IMG/VR virus record: IMGVR_UViG_3300032285_005007 | Span: 1-58,084 of that record | Direction: 5' to 3' (one strand) | Length of the DNA: 58,084 nucleotides | Source: a virus | Lineage: Duplodnaviria; Caudoviricetes | Shown here: positions 39,054 through 49,914 of the stretch, piece by piece | How positions within the stretch are numbered: position 1 is the stretch's first letter | Layout of the letters: each line of letters starts with the position of its first letter | Position numbers and translations under genes: made by a program | The notes under the pieces: model-generated | Seen by the model: only the letters and a program-made list of their open reading frames with translations | The model's database searches: none | What the model was told of the DNA's origin: nothing

Positions 39054-39302
39054 ATGAGAAATTTTTTCAATCATCTATTCGATGACAACAATTCAATCAA
39101 CGAAAAATCAGTTGTTGGATTTATAGCATTTTTTATGCTATGTGTAGCACTAATAGTAGATTTAGTTACTGGTGCTTATGGTAACCCATTATTGATCAAC
39201 AAATTTATTTTTGATGGCTTTATGGTAATTGTATTAGGGTCATTCGGAATTGCTTCCGTTGACAAGTGGATTAACAAAAAAAATGATAAAAACGAAGAGT
39301 AA
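39054..39302 (+). CDS. Putative holin
   Basis: 82 aa, two hydrophobic segments, charged C-terminus; directly before the endolysin; late motif at 39030-39038. Confidence 0.6.
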   Translation: MRNFFNHLFDDNNSINEKSVVGFIAFFMLCVALIVDLVTGAYGNPLLINKFIFDGFMVIVLGSFGIASVDKWINKKNDKNEE

Positions 39303-39913
39303 TGAGTTTAAAAAGTTTACAAGAAAAAATTGGAGTAACAGCTGATGGAGCTTTTGGTCCAGGTACGTTAAAAGCCGCAATGGCGTTTTACAAATTAACC
39401 CCAGTACGTGCAGCACATTTCTTTGCACAAACAGCACATGAAACTGGTGAGTATAAATTATTTAGTGAAAACCTAAACTATTCAGCAGCAGGTTTGCAAG
39501 GTACTTTTGGAAAATATTTCCCTGGAACATTGGAAGAATCTTACGCTCGTAACCCTGAAAAAATTGCTAACCGCGTTTATGCAGACAGAATGGGTAACGG
39601 AAACGAAGCTTCAGGTGACGGATGGAAATACAGAGGTCGTGGTGCATTGCAATTGACTGGAAAAGCAAATTATAAAGCATTTGCAGACTATTTAGGAAAA
39701 CAAGAAATCATGGAAACACCGGATTTAGTTGCTACAACATATGCATTTGAATCAGCAATGTTCTTCTTTGACAAAAACAAATTATGGTCAATTTGTGATC
39801 AAGGTGTAAATGAAGCTGCTATTTTAGCATTGACAAAACGCATCAACGGAGGTACTAATGGTTTAGACCACAGAAAATTGTTAACTAACAAATATTACGG
39901 ATACGTAAAATAA
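39302..39913 (+). CDS. GH19 endolysin with N-terminal peptidoglycan-binding motif
   Basis: ADGAFGPGT, FFAQTAHETG, ENLNYS, YRGRGALQLTG, TKRINGGTNGL. Confidence 0.92.
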   Translation: MSLKSLQEKIGVTADGAFGPGTLKAAMAFYKLTPVRAAHFFAQTAHETGEYKLFSENLNYSAAGLQGTFGKYFPGTLEESYARNPEKIANRVYADRMGNGNEASGDGWKYRGRGALQLTGKANYKAFADYLGKQEIMETPDLVATTYAFESAMFFFDKNKLWSICDQGVNEAAILALTKRINGGTNGLDHRKLLTNKYYGYVK

Positions 39914-39935
39914 TTGTTTCTCTAGAAATAATTTG

Positions 39936-39962
39936 GAGCCCCATTTAGGGGCTCTTTTTTTC
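39936..39962 (+). terminator. Intrinsic terminator after the endolysin
   Basis: GAGCCCC-ATTTA-GGGGCTC followed by T8. Confidence 0.9.
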
Positions 39963-39993
39963 CTTATATACTTTCCAATATTTATCATCCGAC

Positions 39994-42900
39994 ATGGAGA
40001 AGTTTTTAAAGAATCAACAAATACCCTTAACGCAAGTTATTGACCCCAATACAGGTCAGGCATATTATTCTACACAAAACGTTGTCTATCAAGATAAAAA
40101 TAATACAGGGGTAACATATCTTAAAAATGTAATAGTTGATCAAGCAACTTCTGCATCTTATTTTAGTGGAAGTGTTGCAAATGCTGTATCTGCTTCATAT
40201 GCTTTAACGGCATCTTATGTTGTAGGTGGTATAGGATCCCCGGGTGGACCAAATACATCAGTACAATTTAATAAAAATGGCAATTTTAGTGGATCAACTA
40301 ATTTTACATTCAATAGTGCTTCGAACTCTTTAACTCTAACAGGTTCCTTAAATGTAACTGGTTCAACTTTACAAATTGGAAATAATACTTTAGCAGGTAA
40401 TACTACATTATCCGGAAGTATCATTATATCAGGCTCTAATTCAAACCCCGTACAACCTACTATTAAAATATATGGGGATATGGAAACAAACGGTGTAATT
40501 AAATTTATGCCCGTTGTTAAAAGTGTTGATCCTGCAATATCAGCATCATATATTTATGTTTCCGGTTCTACCAATGACTTATATTTTAGCCAAAATGGTT
40601 CAGGATATTCCAATACAACTCGTTTACGTTGGATAGAAGGTAATTTATACACAGGATTACTTTCTGGTGGGATATTAAGTTCAACCCCTGGTTCTAGAAC
40701 ATTCAATTTATCTTCAGGTTCAGGTATTATTGTAACATTAAATGCTACAACTTCATCCGCAGACCCATTCCCAACAATACAATATTTAAATTGGGGTAAC
40801 TTTACCAATCAACCATTAGTATATTCAGGATCTGCAAGATTAACATATGTAAGTGTAAATTCAGCAGGAGCAATTGATCAATCCCCCAACCCTGTTGGAT
40901 ATACTGATCCCACACAGTGGGATAATCAAATTGAAATTGGTGTAGTACTGCATTTATCCGGTGCTGTATCTACAGGTGTTTATAATGCACCTCAAGTAGC
41001 ATATGGGTTAGCTCAACGCACAGATGATTTTGTTAGAGCATTTGGTCCTATTAAAATATCAGGACACGTATTGCAACCTAGTGGATCTACTTTAGGATTA
41101 ATTAAAACATCAGGGAATGCTTACAATAATGGAGCTAATTATGTAGTTAATCCAAATCACCCTTCAACTGTATCGGATCCTGCTACTTCAGTAAGTAAAA
41201 TTTATCGATACTATGTATCGGGCTCTACACCAGTAATTAACACTGGAGTAGCAAATGCAGGATTTACAGGGATTGATCCTTCAAAATACAACAATAACGG
41301 TACTTTAGCTTCTGTACCTGGTGGGAAATATACAATTCAACGTGTATTTTGGATCCCAAATTCACCAACCAACGCATTTTTAGTTTATTATGGAAATGAT
41401 ACATATAATAGTGCTGATACCGCTCAACTTGCTATCCCTATTGAACCCTTTACAGAAGCCCCAAATACAGCACAAAATGCTATTTTATTAGGATATGTAA
41501 TTGCAAGTGGGAATGAAACAAATTTACAAAATGCTCTTATAATCCAAGCTGGATTATTTAGATCTATAAATGGAGTAGGATCATCTGGTACAACTCCCGC
41601 AATTAATACATTTGCAGGTTTAGCAGATGTATCTGTTGCAAGTAGAACGGTCGGTGATCTATCATATTATAATGGATCCTTATGGATTAACTCAAAAATC
41701 CTATCAGGTTCATATGGTATATCAGGTAGTTTAAATGTATCCCAAGGTATAACAGGTTCATTTAGCGGTTCAATTACTGCTCCTGGTTCAACAACTCAAA
41801 TTGTGTTTAATAATGGAGGTGTTTTAGGAGCAACCGGTAGTTTTGTATATAGCGGCTCACGTGTTGGTATTGGTAAACCAGACCCAAATGCTACATTAGA
41901 TATTAGTGGATCAGAACTTATCTCAGGATCCACAACATGGGTCCTTCCAGGATATGCTAATGGATATATTTCACCGGGTACTGATGGAATTTCCATAGGA
42001 AATAGCAATTCAGGAGTTCATATTCGTATACGAAATTCAAATAGAACCGGGTTAGACCAAAGTGTAGGTATAGGAAGTCCTAGCTTTGGATGGACAACAT
42101 CCCAAAACGTTACCATTAAAACTGGAGGGACTACTTCAGGTTACCAAGGTATATTAGTTGGTAATGGAACAAATAATAATATTTTTTCAGTTCAAGGAGA
42201 TAGTAGGGTAGGAATAAACCTAGCTACAGCTACTTCTGCTTTACATGTTCAAGGCACAGGTGCAACTTCTTCTACAACTGCATTGACAGTACAAAATGCA
42301 AACGCTAGTGCGTCATTGGTTGTATTAGATAACACTTATGTAGGATTAGGAAAATCCCCAAGTTACCCTATAGATGTTGCCCTTACTAATGGAGGAAATG
42401 CTAATTCAGCTCTATTTGCTTCGGGAATCCACCCAGATGGAAGAGCAATTTTATATGGAAAAGCTAATACAAATACAGAGCAATTAATATATTGGTGGCA
42501 TAGTGGAGGTATAGGAATAGGTACCGGAGGATCAACAAGAGGTGGAGCTGTTTCTTATGTAGGAGATACAAGTTATTATGGTCCTGCTCATGGTATGTAT
42601 TTTATGGAAACTGGAACTACTTTTGGTCCCGTTAATATAAAATATAGACTTGGAATAACTACCAGTACAACAAATACTCAATTTGCTTCAGGGGTTTCAA
42701 ATAACTCAACAAATATAGAATCTAATACTTTTACATATGTTGCTAAAAGTCATACTTTCTATACAGGAACCACTTCAGGTAATCAATCTCTCCCATCCCA
42801 ATTTATCCCTTTATATTTATCGGATTCTGGTTCTGTTGGTATAGGAACAACAAACCCTACATCTACATTAGATATATCAGGTTCAGGTCGCTTTACAAAC

Positions 42901-43038
42901 GGTTTAACAGTAACAGGTTCACTCATAGTAACCGGAGGTATAACGGGCTCACTTTTAGGAACCGCTTCATATGCAACTCAAGCATTAAGTGCTTCATTTT
43001 CATTAACAGCATCATATATAGACGGAGGAACTTTTTAA
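39994..43038 (+). CDS. Fibre-like virion protein
   Basis: 1014 aa Gly/Ser/Thr-rich; SASYA and TGS repeats; VGIGT.NP...LDISGS modules; late motif at 39978-39986. Confidence 0.7.
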   Translation: MEKFLKNQQIPLTQVIDPNTGQAYYSTQNVVYQDKNNTGVTYLKNVIVDQATSASYFSGSVANAVSASYALTASYVVGGIGSPGGPNTSVQFNKNGNFSGSTNFTFNSASNSLTLTGSLNVTGSTLQIGNNTLAGNTTLSGSIIISGSNSNPVQPTIKIYGDMETNGVIKFMPVVKSVDPAISASYIYVSGSTNDLYFSQNGSGYSNTTRLRWIEGNLYTGLLSGGILSSTPGSRTFNLSSGSGIIVTLNATTSSADPFPTIQYLNWGNFTNQPLVYSGSARLTYVSVNSAGAIDQSPNPVGYTDPTQWDNQIEIGVVLHLSGAVSTGVYNAPQVAYGLAQRTDDFVRAFGPIKISGHVLQPSGSTLGLIKTSGNAYNNGANYVVNPNHPSTVSDPATSVSKIYRYYVSGSTPVINTGVANAGFTGIDPSKYNNNGTLASVPGGKYTIQRVFWIPNSPTNAFLVYYGNDTYNSADTAQLAIPIEPFTEAPNTAQNAILLGYVIASGNETNLQNALIIQAGLFRSINGVGSSGTTPAINTFAGLADVSVASRTVGDLSYYNGSLWINSKILSGSYGISGSLNVSQGITGSFSGSITAPGSTTQIVFNNGGVLGATGSFVYSGSRVGIGKPDPNATLDISGSELISGSTTWVLPGYANGYISPGTDGISIGNSNSGVHIRIRNSNRTGLDQSVGIGSPSFGWTTSQNVTIKTGGTTSGYQGILVGNGTNNNIFSVQGDSRVGINLATATSALHVQGTGATSSTTALTVQNANASASLVVLDNTYVGLGKSPSYPIDVALTNGGNANSALFASGIHPDGRAILYGKANTNTEQLIYWWHSGGIGIGTGGSTRGGAVSYVGDTSYYGPAHGMYFMETGTTFGPVNIKYRLGITTSTTNTQFASGVSNNSTNIESNTFTYVAKSHTFYTGTTSGNQSLPSQFIPLYLSDSGSVGIGTTNPTSTLDISGSGRFTNGLTVTGSLIVTGGITGSLLGTASYATQALSASFSLTASYIDGGTF

Positions 43039-43388
43039 TGGCAACTAGAATACCCTTTCAATGGAATACCGCTAACTTCAATTGGGACGCAACCAACCCA
43101 ACTGATGGGAAAACATACCCACCAAATGAAATAGTTACCGGAACTAATTTATGGAATGATTGTGCTTTGATCATTGAGATTATCAATGCAATGCAAGGGG
43201 GAGCTAGCCATGATGATTATTTTGATAAAAAACCTGAAAAGAAAAAGCAGTTTATCAAACTACTTTGCCAAGTTCAAGGAAAAGAATACAAAGAAACTAA
43301 AGAGGTACATAAGACCAAAATATTTATATCAGACATAAAACTAGTAGCTAAAGAAGTACTAGGAGTAGACGTAAAAATAGACAGATAA
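43038..43388 (+). CDS. Hypothetical protein
   Basis: 116 aa, translationally coupled (TAATG) on both sides. Confidence 0.75.
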   Translation: MATRIPFQWNTANFNWDATNPTDGKTYPPNEIVTGTNLWNDCALIIEIINAMQGGASHDDYFDKKPEKKKQFIKLLCQVQGKEYKETKEVHKTKIFISDIKLVAKEVLGVDVKIDR

Positions 43389-43933
43389 TGTATACATTAT
43401 ACACAGACAAACAGGAATTATTTGAATGTTCCATTTCACTAGAAGGCGCTTCTGTTAAAAACAGTCAAGCACGTTTAATAGTAGAATCAGATAACTTAAA
43501 CCTTTTATTTAAAGGAACCATCGATTCTAGCGGTAAATGTACCGTTCCTATCAAGAAATTAAAAAATCTTTTAGAAGAATCCACAAAAGGTAAAATAAGA
43601 CTTGAAGTTATAGCAGACGATACGTATTTTACACCATGGGAATCAGATTTCGAGGTAGAAACTGCTAGAAAAGTAACCGTGGAAGTGAAATCTCAATCAA
43701 ATAAAACAACAATAGCGGAAGTTAAAACTGGAGTTACTGTAAAAAATATTAAGGTTGGAGATCACATTCAAAACTTGTCAAAAATGCTTGTAAAAGAAAA
43801 TATTAACGTACACAATATTGGTAAACATAGAGCCAAATTGAACAACGTTATAGCTTCTTACTTAAAAACAAACAAAATAAGCGATGGTGAAAAAGGCAGA
43901 ATAATCGAAGGAATTATTCAAACACTAATCTAA
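43388..43933 (+). CDS. Hypothetical protein
   Basis: 181 aa, coupled to the previous gene. Confidence 0.75.
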   Translation: MYTLYTDKQELFECSISLEGASVKNSQARLIVESDNLNLLFKGTIDSSGKCTVPIKKLKNLLEESTKGKIRLEVIADDTYFTPWESDFEVETARKVTVEVKSQSNKTTIAEVKTGVTVKNIKVGDHIQNLSKMLVKENINVHNIGKHRAKLNNVIASYLKTNKISDGEKGRIIEGIIQTLI

Positions 43934-43941
43934 AATAAGTT

Positions 43942-44193
43942 ATGGCTGGACCTTTTGATTTTACAGGTCAAAATATAGAGACAACGTATCAGAGGGTTCT
44001 TCAAACCGATGGCGTTAACATATATGATGGTACAGGATCACTTGTTGTGCTCCCGGGATCAAATACAGGTTCATTTGCCACTACAGGTTCAAACATTTTC
44101 AAAGGAAATCAAACAATAACAGGAAGCATTTCGGTAACAGGATCCGTGACTGCTTCCTACTTTGTTGGTACTATCGACGGAGGCACATTTTAA
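43942..44193 (+). CDS. Small fibre-related protein
   Basis: TGSFATTGSN.F.GNQTITGS motif; ends IDGGTF like 39994..43038. Confidence 0.7.
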   Translation: MAGPFDFTGQNIETTYQRVLQTDGVNIYDGTGSLVVLPGSNTGSFATTGSNIFKGNQTITGSISVTGSVTASYFVGTIDGGTF

Positions 44194-44207
44194 AATATTT
44201 ATAATCA

Positions 44208-47200
44208 ATGAGCACAATAATAACAAGAAATAGCGCAACATCTGGAAGTGTACCTTCTTCACTTATACAAGGTGAATTAGCAATTAACGTAAGAGACGGG
44301 CGTATATTCTATGGCTCTGGTTCTGCAAACATTGTAAAAGAATTTACAGGAAGTGCAAGTGGTGGAGGAGCAGCATTCCCATACACTGGCTCAGCTCAAA
44401 TAACAGGTTCATTAGGTGTAACTGGGTCAATCAATGGATTGCTTGTTGGACGTGGAAATGGTAACATTTCAACAAATGTTTCAATTGGTTCGACTACTGC
44501 ATTTGGTGGATCAAATACTGGAACATTTAATACAGCAATCGGAAATAGCACTCTTACCAGTAATACAACCGGATACTCTAATACAGCAATAGGTAGAAAT
44601 ACTTTACAAACTAATACAACTGGAAGAAATAATACAGCAATAGGCCAAGGTGCTTTACGTTTTAATACAACCGGAAGAGATAACACTGCCATAGGTGTTA
44701 ACTCTTTATATCAAAACACATCAGGATATATTAATACAGCAATAGGTCGATATGCTTTACGTTGTAACACAACAGGTCGTAGTAATGTAGCAATAGGACC
44801 ATATACTTTAACGTGTAATACAACAGGATATAATAATATAGCAATAGGTAAAAAAGCTTTATATTACAATTATTCTGGAAAGCGAAATCTAGCAATAGGA
44901 AATTATGCTTTATCTTGTAATTTAACAGGACAATATAATATAGCATTAGGTCAAAGTGCTTTATCTTTTAATTCATCTGGGGCATGTAATACAGCAATAG
45001 GTTTAGCTGCTTTATTTCTAAATACAACAGGAGTTCATAATACAGCAATAGGATGGAATGCTTTACCCGGTAATGATTCCGGAGCCCATAATATATCAAT
45101 TGGCTTTTTCTCTTCCCGATTCTTTAATGCATCTAACAATATTGCCTTAGGTAGATATGCACTTCAAGGTACATATCAATACGACCCAGGTTCTCAAACA
45201 TCATGTAAATGGACTGGTGGGAATAATATAGCTTTAGGTTGTTATGCTTTAGGTTGTAATACAACAGCTAATAGCAATATTGCAATAGGTAACAATGCTT
45301 TAAAGAATAATACAACAGGAAATTCCAATATTATATTTGGAACAAATGCCGCTCAATTTACTAGTGCATCTGCTAATGTAACATCTTTAAGCAGCTCAAT
45401 CGTAATAGGTACTAATACTAAACCATTAGCAAATAATGATATCAATGAAATTATAATTGGTACAAATGTAGCAGGTTTAGGTTCAAATACAACTGTAATT
45501 GGTAATTCAAGCACTACACGTGCTTGTATTTATGGGCAATTAACAGCAACTTCATTTACCGGATCATTACAAGGTACAGCTTCATTTGCCGTATCAGCTT
45601 CATGGGCTCCTAGTTCAGGTGGAGGAGCAGCATTTCCATTCACAGGCTCAGCTCAGATCACAGGTTCGTTAGGTGTTACTGGTTCAATTAACGGATTATT
45701 TGTTGGACGTGGAAATGGTAACGTTTCATCAAACGTTTCAATTGGCTCAACTATTGCATTTAGTGGATCTGCTACCGGAACAAACAATATAGCAATAGGT
45801 AGTGGTTCTTTAAGTAGAGTTACATCCGGAGGATTTAATACTGCAATAGGTTTCCGTACTTTATATGGTAATACAACCGGAATCAGTAACACAGCAATAG
45901 GCCAATATGCTTTATGTAGTAATATAACAGGAAGACATAACACCGCAGTAGGCTCTTCTGCTTTACGAAGTAATACAGCTGGATTTCACAATACTGCCAT
46001 AGGTCTAAATGCTTTACGTTATAATGTAGGATTCTATAACGCAGCAATTGGTTACAGTGCTTTATGTTCTAATACAACCGGGTATTATAATGTCGCAATA
46101 GGATATAGTACTTTACGCAATAATACAACTGGTCGATATAATGTAGCAATAGGATTATCTGCTTTACGTTCTAATACAACCGCTAATAATAATATTGCAT
46201 TAGGAAGGCGTGCTTTATGTTCTAATACAACAGGAACAGGTAATAATACATTAGGTGCTTGTACTTTAGTTAACAATTCAACGGGAAATCATAATGCTGC
46301 TATAGGTTATAGAGCTTTACAATATAATTCAACCGGAGGTTGTAATACAGCAATTGGATATCGTGCTTTATTTTGTAATACAACAGGACAACATAATACT
46401 GCAATAGGATACCTGGCTTTACGTTCTAATACATCCGGTTACTATAACACAGCAATAGGCCAAAATACTTTACGTTGTAATACAACCGGATTCTATAATA
46501 CTGCAATAAGTTCAAATGCTTTATGTAGTAATACATCCGGAAATAACAATACCGCAATTGGTGTCTATGCTTTACGCAATAATACAACTGGAAATAATAA
46601 TGTTGCAATAGGTTGTCGTGCATTACGTTACAACACAACTGCTAATAACAACACAGCAATCGGTCGATTTGCTTTATGCAATAATTCAACCGGATGTAAT
46701 AACACAGCAATAGGATACCAATCTTTACGAATTAATTCAACAGGAAACCATAACACAGCAATAGGCCAGTTTACTTTACGCAATAATACTACTAGCTGCC
46801 ATAACACCGCAATAGGATACCAGGCTTTACGTAATAACTCAACCGGAGCATATAATACCGCAATAGGTCAAAATGTTTTATATGGTAATACAACGGGTAC
46901 TAATAATACAGCAATAGGTCGATATGCTTTACGTAGTAATACAACCGGAATCAACAGTACAGCAATAGGTCCATATACCTTACGATGTAACACAACTGGA
47001 TTTAGCAATTTAGCATTGGGTCAAGGAGCATCATTTGCTAATTCTGTTGGAAATTGTAATATCGCAGTAGGAAGACGCGCCCTATATTGCAATACCTCAG
47101 GTAGTGTTAATATAGCAATTGGTGATTATTCTTTAGTATTTAATACTAATAGTAATTCTAACATAGCTATAGGAACTAAAGCAATGTATGCAAGTACAAC

Positions 47201-47882
47201 AGGTTGTTTTAATATAGCATTAGGTATTGGATCTTTAGGTTTTAACCAAACCGGAAATAGTAATATTGCAATAGGTACTAGTGCTTTATGTTCTAATACA
47301 TCTGGAAGAACTAATATTGCTATTGGCTATTCAGCTAACTCTCAGTTCGCAGGTAGTAACAATATCGTAATTGGTACTAATATTGGTTTACCAACCTCAG
47401 TAAATAACCAGATTAACATTGGTGGTTTAATATTTGGTTCAGGTTCAAACGCTCTCTCCGGGTCTGCAGCTGGCTTTCAAAGCATTACGGGATCAGCAAA
47501 TGGATCTGTAGGTATCAATCAACCAAATCCTCGATATACTTTAGATGTATCTGGAAGTTTTGGTTTAAATCAAGCAGCATTTATTAACCAAAATACAGCC
47601 TCTTTAGCATCTGGAACTCGAACACTATTTACAAATGCCACAGGATCATTTAACTCAGCATTCTATAACTACGTTTTACTTTCAGGTTCAAATGCAAGAG
47701 CAGGTCAAGTGATGAGTGTATGGAACGGTGGATCAATTCGATTTACTGATGTTACCACAACAGACATTGGTTCTACAACTGCAGTTGTTTTAACCGCGTC
47801 TTTGAGTGGAGCAAACGTTGTTTTATCAAGTACCTTACCAACATCGGGATGGACTTTTGAAACAGTAGTTAATTTAATATAG
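44208..47882 (+). CDS. Large fibre/adhesin with 14-aa beta-roll repeats
   Basis: N-terminal GELAIN..DGRIF anchor; dozens of N.AIG..AL..NTTG repeats (YadA-head-like); late motif at 44195-44203. Confidence 0.8.
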   Translation: MSTIITRNSATSGSVPSSLIQGELAINVRDGRIFYGSGSANIVKEFTGSASGGGAAFPYTGSAQITGSLGVTGSINGLLVGRGNGNISTNVSIGSTTAFGGSNTGTFNTAIGNSTLTSNTTGYSNTAIGRNTLQTNTTGRNNTAIGQGALRFNTTGRDNTAIGVNSLYQNTSGYINTAIGRYALRCNTTGRSNVAIGPYTLTCNTTGYNNIAIGKKALYYNYSGKRNLAIGNYALSCNLTGQYNIALGQSALSFNSSGACNTAIGLAALFLNTTGVHNTAIGWNALPGNDSGAHNISIGFFSSRFFNASNNIALGRYALQGTYQYDPGSQTSCKWTGGNNIALGCYALGCNTTANSNIAIGNNALKNNTTGNSNIIFGTNAAQFTSASANVTSLSSSIVIGTNTKPLANNDINEIIIGTNVAGLGSNTTVIGNSSTTRACIYGQLTATSFTGSLQGTASFAVSASWAPSSGGGAAFPFTGSAQITGSLGVTGSINGLFVGRGNGNVSSNVSIGSTIAFSGSATGTNNIAIGSGSLSRVTSGGFNTAIGFRTLYGNTTGISNTAIGQYALCSNITGRHNTAVGSSALRSNTAGFHNTAIGLNALRYNVGFYNAAIGYSALCSNTTGYYNVAIGYSTLRNNTTGRYNVAIGLSALRSNTTANNNIALGRRALCSNTTGTGNNTLGACTLVNNSTGNHNAAIGYRALQYNSTGGCNTAIGYRALFCNTTGQHNTAIGYLALRSNTSGYYNTAIGQNTLRCNTTGFYNTAISSNALCSNTSGNNNTAIGVYALRNNTTGNNNVAIGCRALRYNTTANNNTAIGRFALCNNSTGCNNTAIGYQSLRINSTGNHNTAIGQFTLRNNTTSCHNTAIGYQALRNNSTGAYNTAIGQNVLYGNTTGTNNTAIGRYALRSNTTGINSTAIGPYTLRCNTTGFSNLALGQGASFANSVGNCNIAVGRRALYCNTSGSVNIAIGDYSLVFNTNSNSNIAIGTKAMYASTTGCFNIALGIGSLGFNQTGNSNIAIGTSALCSNTSGRTNIAIGYSANSQFAGSNNIVIGTNIGLPTSVNNQINIGGLIFGSGSNALSGSAAGFQSITGSANGSVGINQPNPRYTLDVSGSFGLNQAAFINQNTASLASGTRTLFTNATGSFNSAFYNYVLLSGSNARAGQVMSVWNGGSIRFTDVTTTDIGSTTAVVLTASLSGANVVLSSTLPTSGWTFETVVNLI
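44361..44488 (+). repeat. Dispersed module repeat (other copies ~45618-45746 and ~48072-48173)
   Basis: Encodes GGGAAFP(Y/F)TGSAQITGSLGVTGSINGL..G.GNG three times. Confidence 0.85.
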
Positions 47883-47933
47883 TTATCTATATTTATCATC
47901 AAATACTAACATAATCTTGGATAGGGAAAAGAT

Positions 47934-49856
47934 ATGGCAAACGAATTTAAAATAAAAAATGGTTTCTTCTCTGAAGGAGACTCAAACATAACCGGATCAC
48001 TTAATGTATCCGCAGGTATAACTGGTTCACTTTTAGGAACAGCTTCATATGCACTTTCAAGCCCAGGTGGAGGAGGTGGAGCAGCATTCCCATTCACAGG
48101 TTCTGCTCAAATCACAGGATCACTAGGAGTAACGGGATCAATCAACGGATTACTTATTGGAAAAGGAAACGGTGTAAATGGAGTATCTAATATTTCAATT
48201 GGCTTAACTACTGCATTTTCTTCAAGTTTAAACACTTCTTCCTTTAATAACGTTGCCATTGGATCAGGTTCAATGGTAAACCTAACTAGCGGATCAAATA
48301 ATATAGCAATTGGACAAGATACTTTACGATTAACTATTTCAGGCAACCAAAATATTGCAATTGGCAGAAACGCTTTATGCAGTAATACTATAGGTAGTAG
48401 AAATATTGCAATTGGCCAGAATGCTTTATTACAAACTAATACAACCAGCCCCAATATAGCAATAGGATACCAAACATTACAATCTGGATCAGTCACTGAT
48501 AGTATTGCTATAGGTTATAAAGCAGGATCACGATTAAATGGAAGTTCAAATAATATCCTTATAGGCCGTAAAGCAGGATATGGCGCCACGGGGTCACTTT
48601 CATTTCCATATGCCAATATTGCAATAGGTTATGCTGCAGGGTGTAGTTTGGGAACAAAGTATGCACTTCTTCGTAACTATATTGGATTAGAATATGGTGG
48701 ATACTTCAAATACTATCCAACAACCACAAGATCTAGTTGTAATATATTTATAGGTTATAATTCTGGGAAAAATACATGCGCTCCAACACCAACTGATTTT
48801 CCTAATTTTAATCAAAAAGGATATGCTTCTAAATTTAATACAGCAATAGGAATTAATACTTTGTATTGTAATACTGAAGGGAATAAAAATACAGCAATAG
48901 GATTTAGTACTTTACGCCGCAATACAACTGGGTTTTATAATGTAGCAATAGGATATAGACCATTAAATAATAATACAAATGGGTTCAATAATATAGGAAT
49001 AGGTAAACGAGCTTTATATAATAATACAACAGCAGGTGTTAATACAGCAATTGGAAGTAATGCTTTACTTTCTAATACAACAGGAATGGGTAACGTAGCA
49101 TTTGGGTATAGTTCTTTAATATCTAATACTACAGGATGTCAAAACGTAGCAATAGGTGGTAGAAATGTTTTACTTCAAAATAGTACAGGAAGTAGAAATG
49201 TAGCAATAGGGTATAATTCTTTATTTAGTAGTAGAGTTAGTGGCAATACAGCAATTGGAACTTGTGCTCTGTTTGGCTCAACAACCTCAGTGCGAAATGT
49301 AGTAATAGGACATTGTGCCGGAGTGAATATATATTCATGTGGTGACAATGTAGCAATAGGATATAATTCTTTGATATGTGGTGGTGGTTGTAATAACACT
49401 GTGGTTGGTTCTTGCACTTTAACTTCTGCTTGTATATATACACAAGGTAATGTAGCTGTGGGAACTAATACATTACGATTAGGTAGAGGTATTTTTAATG
49501 TAGCTATAGGTACTAATACAATGAAAAGTTCTACTACTGCAGGGAAAAATGTAGCCATAGGATATGGTGCGTTATGTGCTAACACAACTGGGGCATATAA
49601 TGTTATAGTTGGAACATACACTTCTCAAACCAACACAACAGGAGGAGGTAATACAGCTATCGGTTTTAAAGCTACTTCTGCCAATTTTTGCAACTCAGTA
49701 ATCCTAGGAAGATGTGCTGTTGCAACGGCAAATAATCAATTTGTAGTAGGTGCTTCTTCTTATAATGCTGGAGCCGTTACCACAGAAACTTGTTCTGCAA
49801 CTAAAACATGGTCTGTAGTAATTAATGGAGTTGCACAAAAAATCCTACTCGCTTAA
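47934..49856 (+). CDS. Second fibre/adhesin with 14-aa beta-roll repeats
   Basis: MANEFKIKNG N-terminus; same repeat family; late motif at 47889-47897. Confidence 0.8.
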   Translation: MANEFKIKNGFFSEGDSNITGSLNVSAGITGSLLGTASYALSSPGGGGGAAFPFTGSAQITGSLGVTGSINGLLIGKGNGVNGVSNISIGLTTAFSSSLNTSSFNNVAIGSGSMVNLTSGSNNIAIGQDTLRLTISGNQNIAIGRNALCSNTIGSRNIAIGQNALLQTNTTSPNIAIGYQTLQSGSVTDSIAIGYKAGSRLNGSSNNILIGRKAGYGATGSLSFPYANIAIGYAAGCSLGTKYALLRNYIGLEYGGYFKYYPTTTRSSCNIFIGYNSGKNTCAPTPTDFPNFNQKGYASKFNTAIGINTLYCNTEGNKNTAIGFSTLRRNTTGFYNVAIGYRPLNNNTNGFNNIGIGKRALYNNTTAGVNTAIGSNALLSNTTGMGNVAFGYSSLISNTTGCQNVAIGGRNVLLQNSTGSRNVAIGYNSLFSSRVSGNTAIGTCALFGSTTSVRNVVIGHCAGVNIYSCGDNVAIGYNSLICGGGCNNTVVGSCTLTSACIYTQGNVAVGTNTLRLGRGIFNVAIGTNTMKSSTTAGKNVAIGYGALCANTTGAYNVIVGTYTSQTNTTGGGNTAIGFKATSANFCNSVILGRCAVATANNQFVVGASSYNAGAVTTETCSATKTWSVVINGVAQKILLA

Positions 49857-49863
49857 AAAATAA

Positions 49864-49893
49864 TTTGGATATTCAAAATAGAATACTTATATT
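49864..49893 (+). promoter_or_regulatory. Bacteroidota-type -33/-7 promoter
   Basis: TTTGG-N19-TATATT upstream of the sulfotransferase. Confidence 0.65.
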
Positions 49894-49914
49894 ATAGCAA
49901 ACAAAATAAAATTT

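Noticed and set aside
44500-47300. CRISPR-like array (recurring AATACAGCAATAGG about every 42 bp)
   Set aside because: Degenerate in-frame coding repeats of a 14-aa protein motif; no cas genes.
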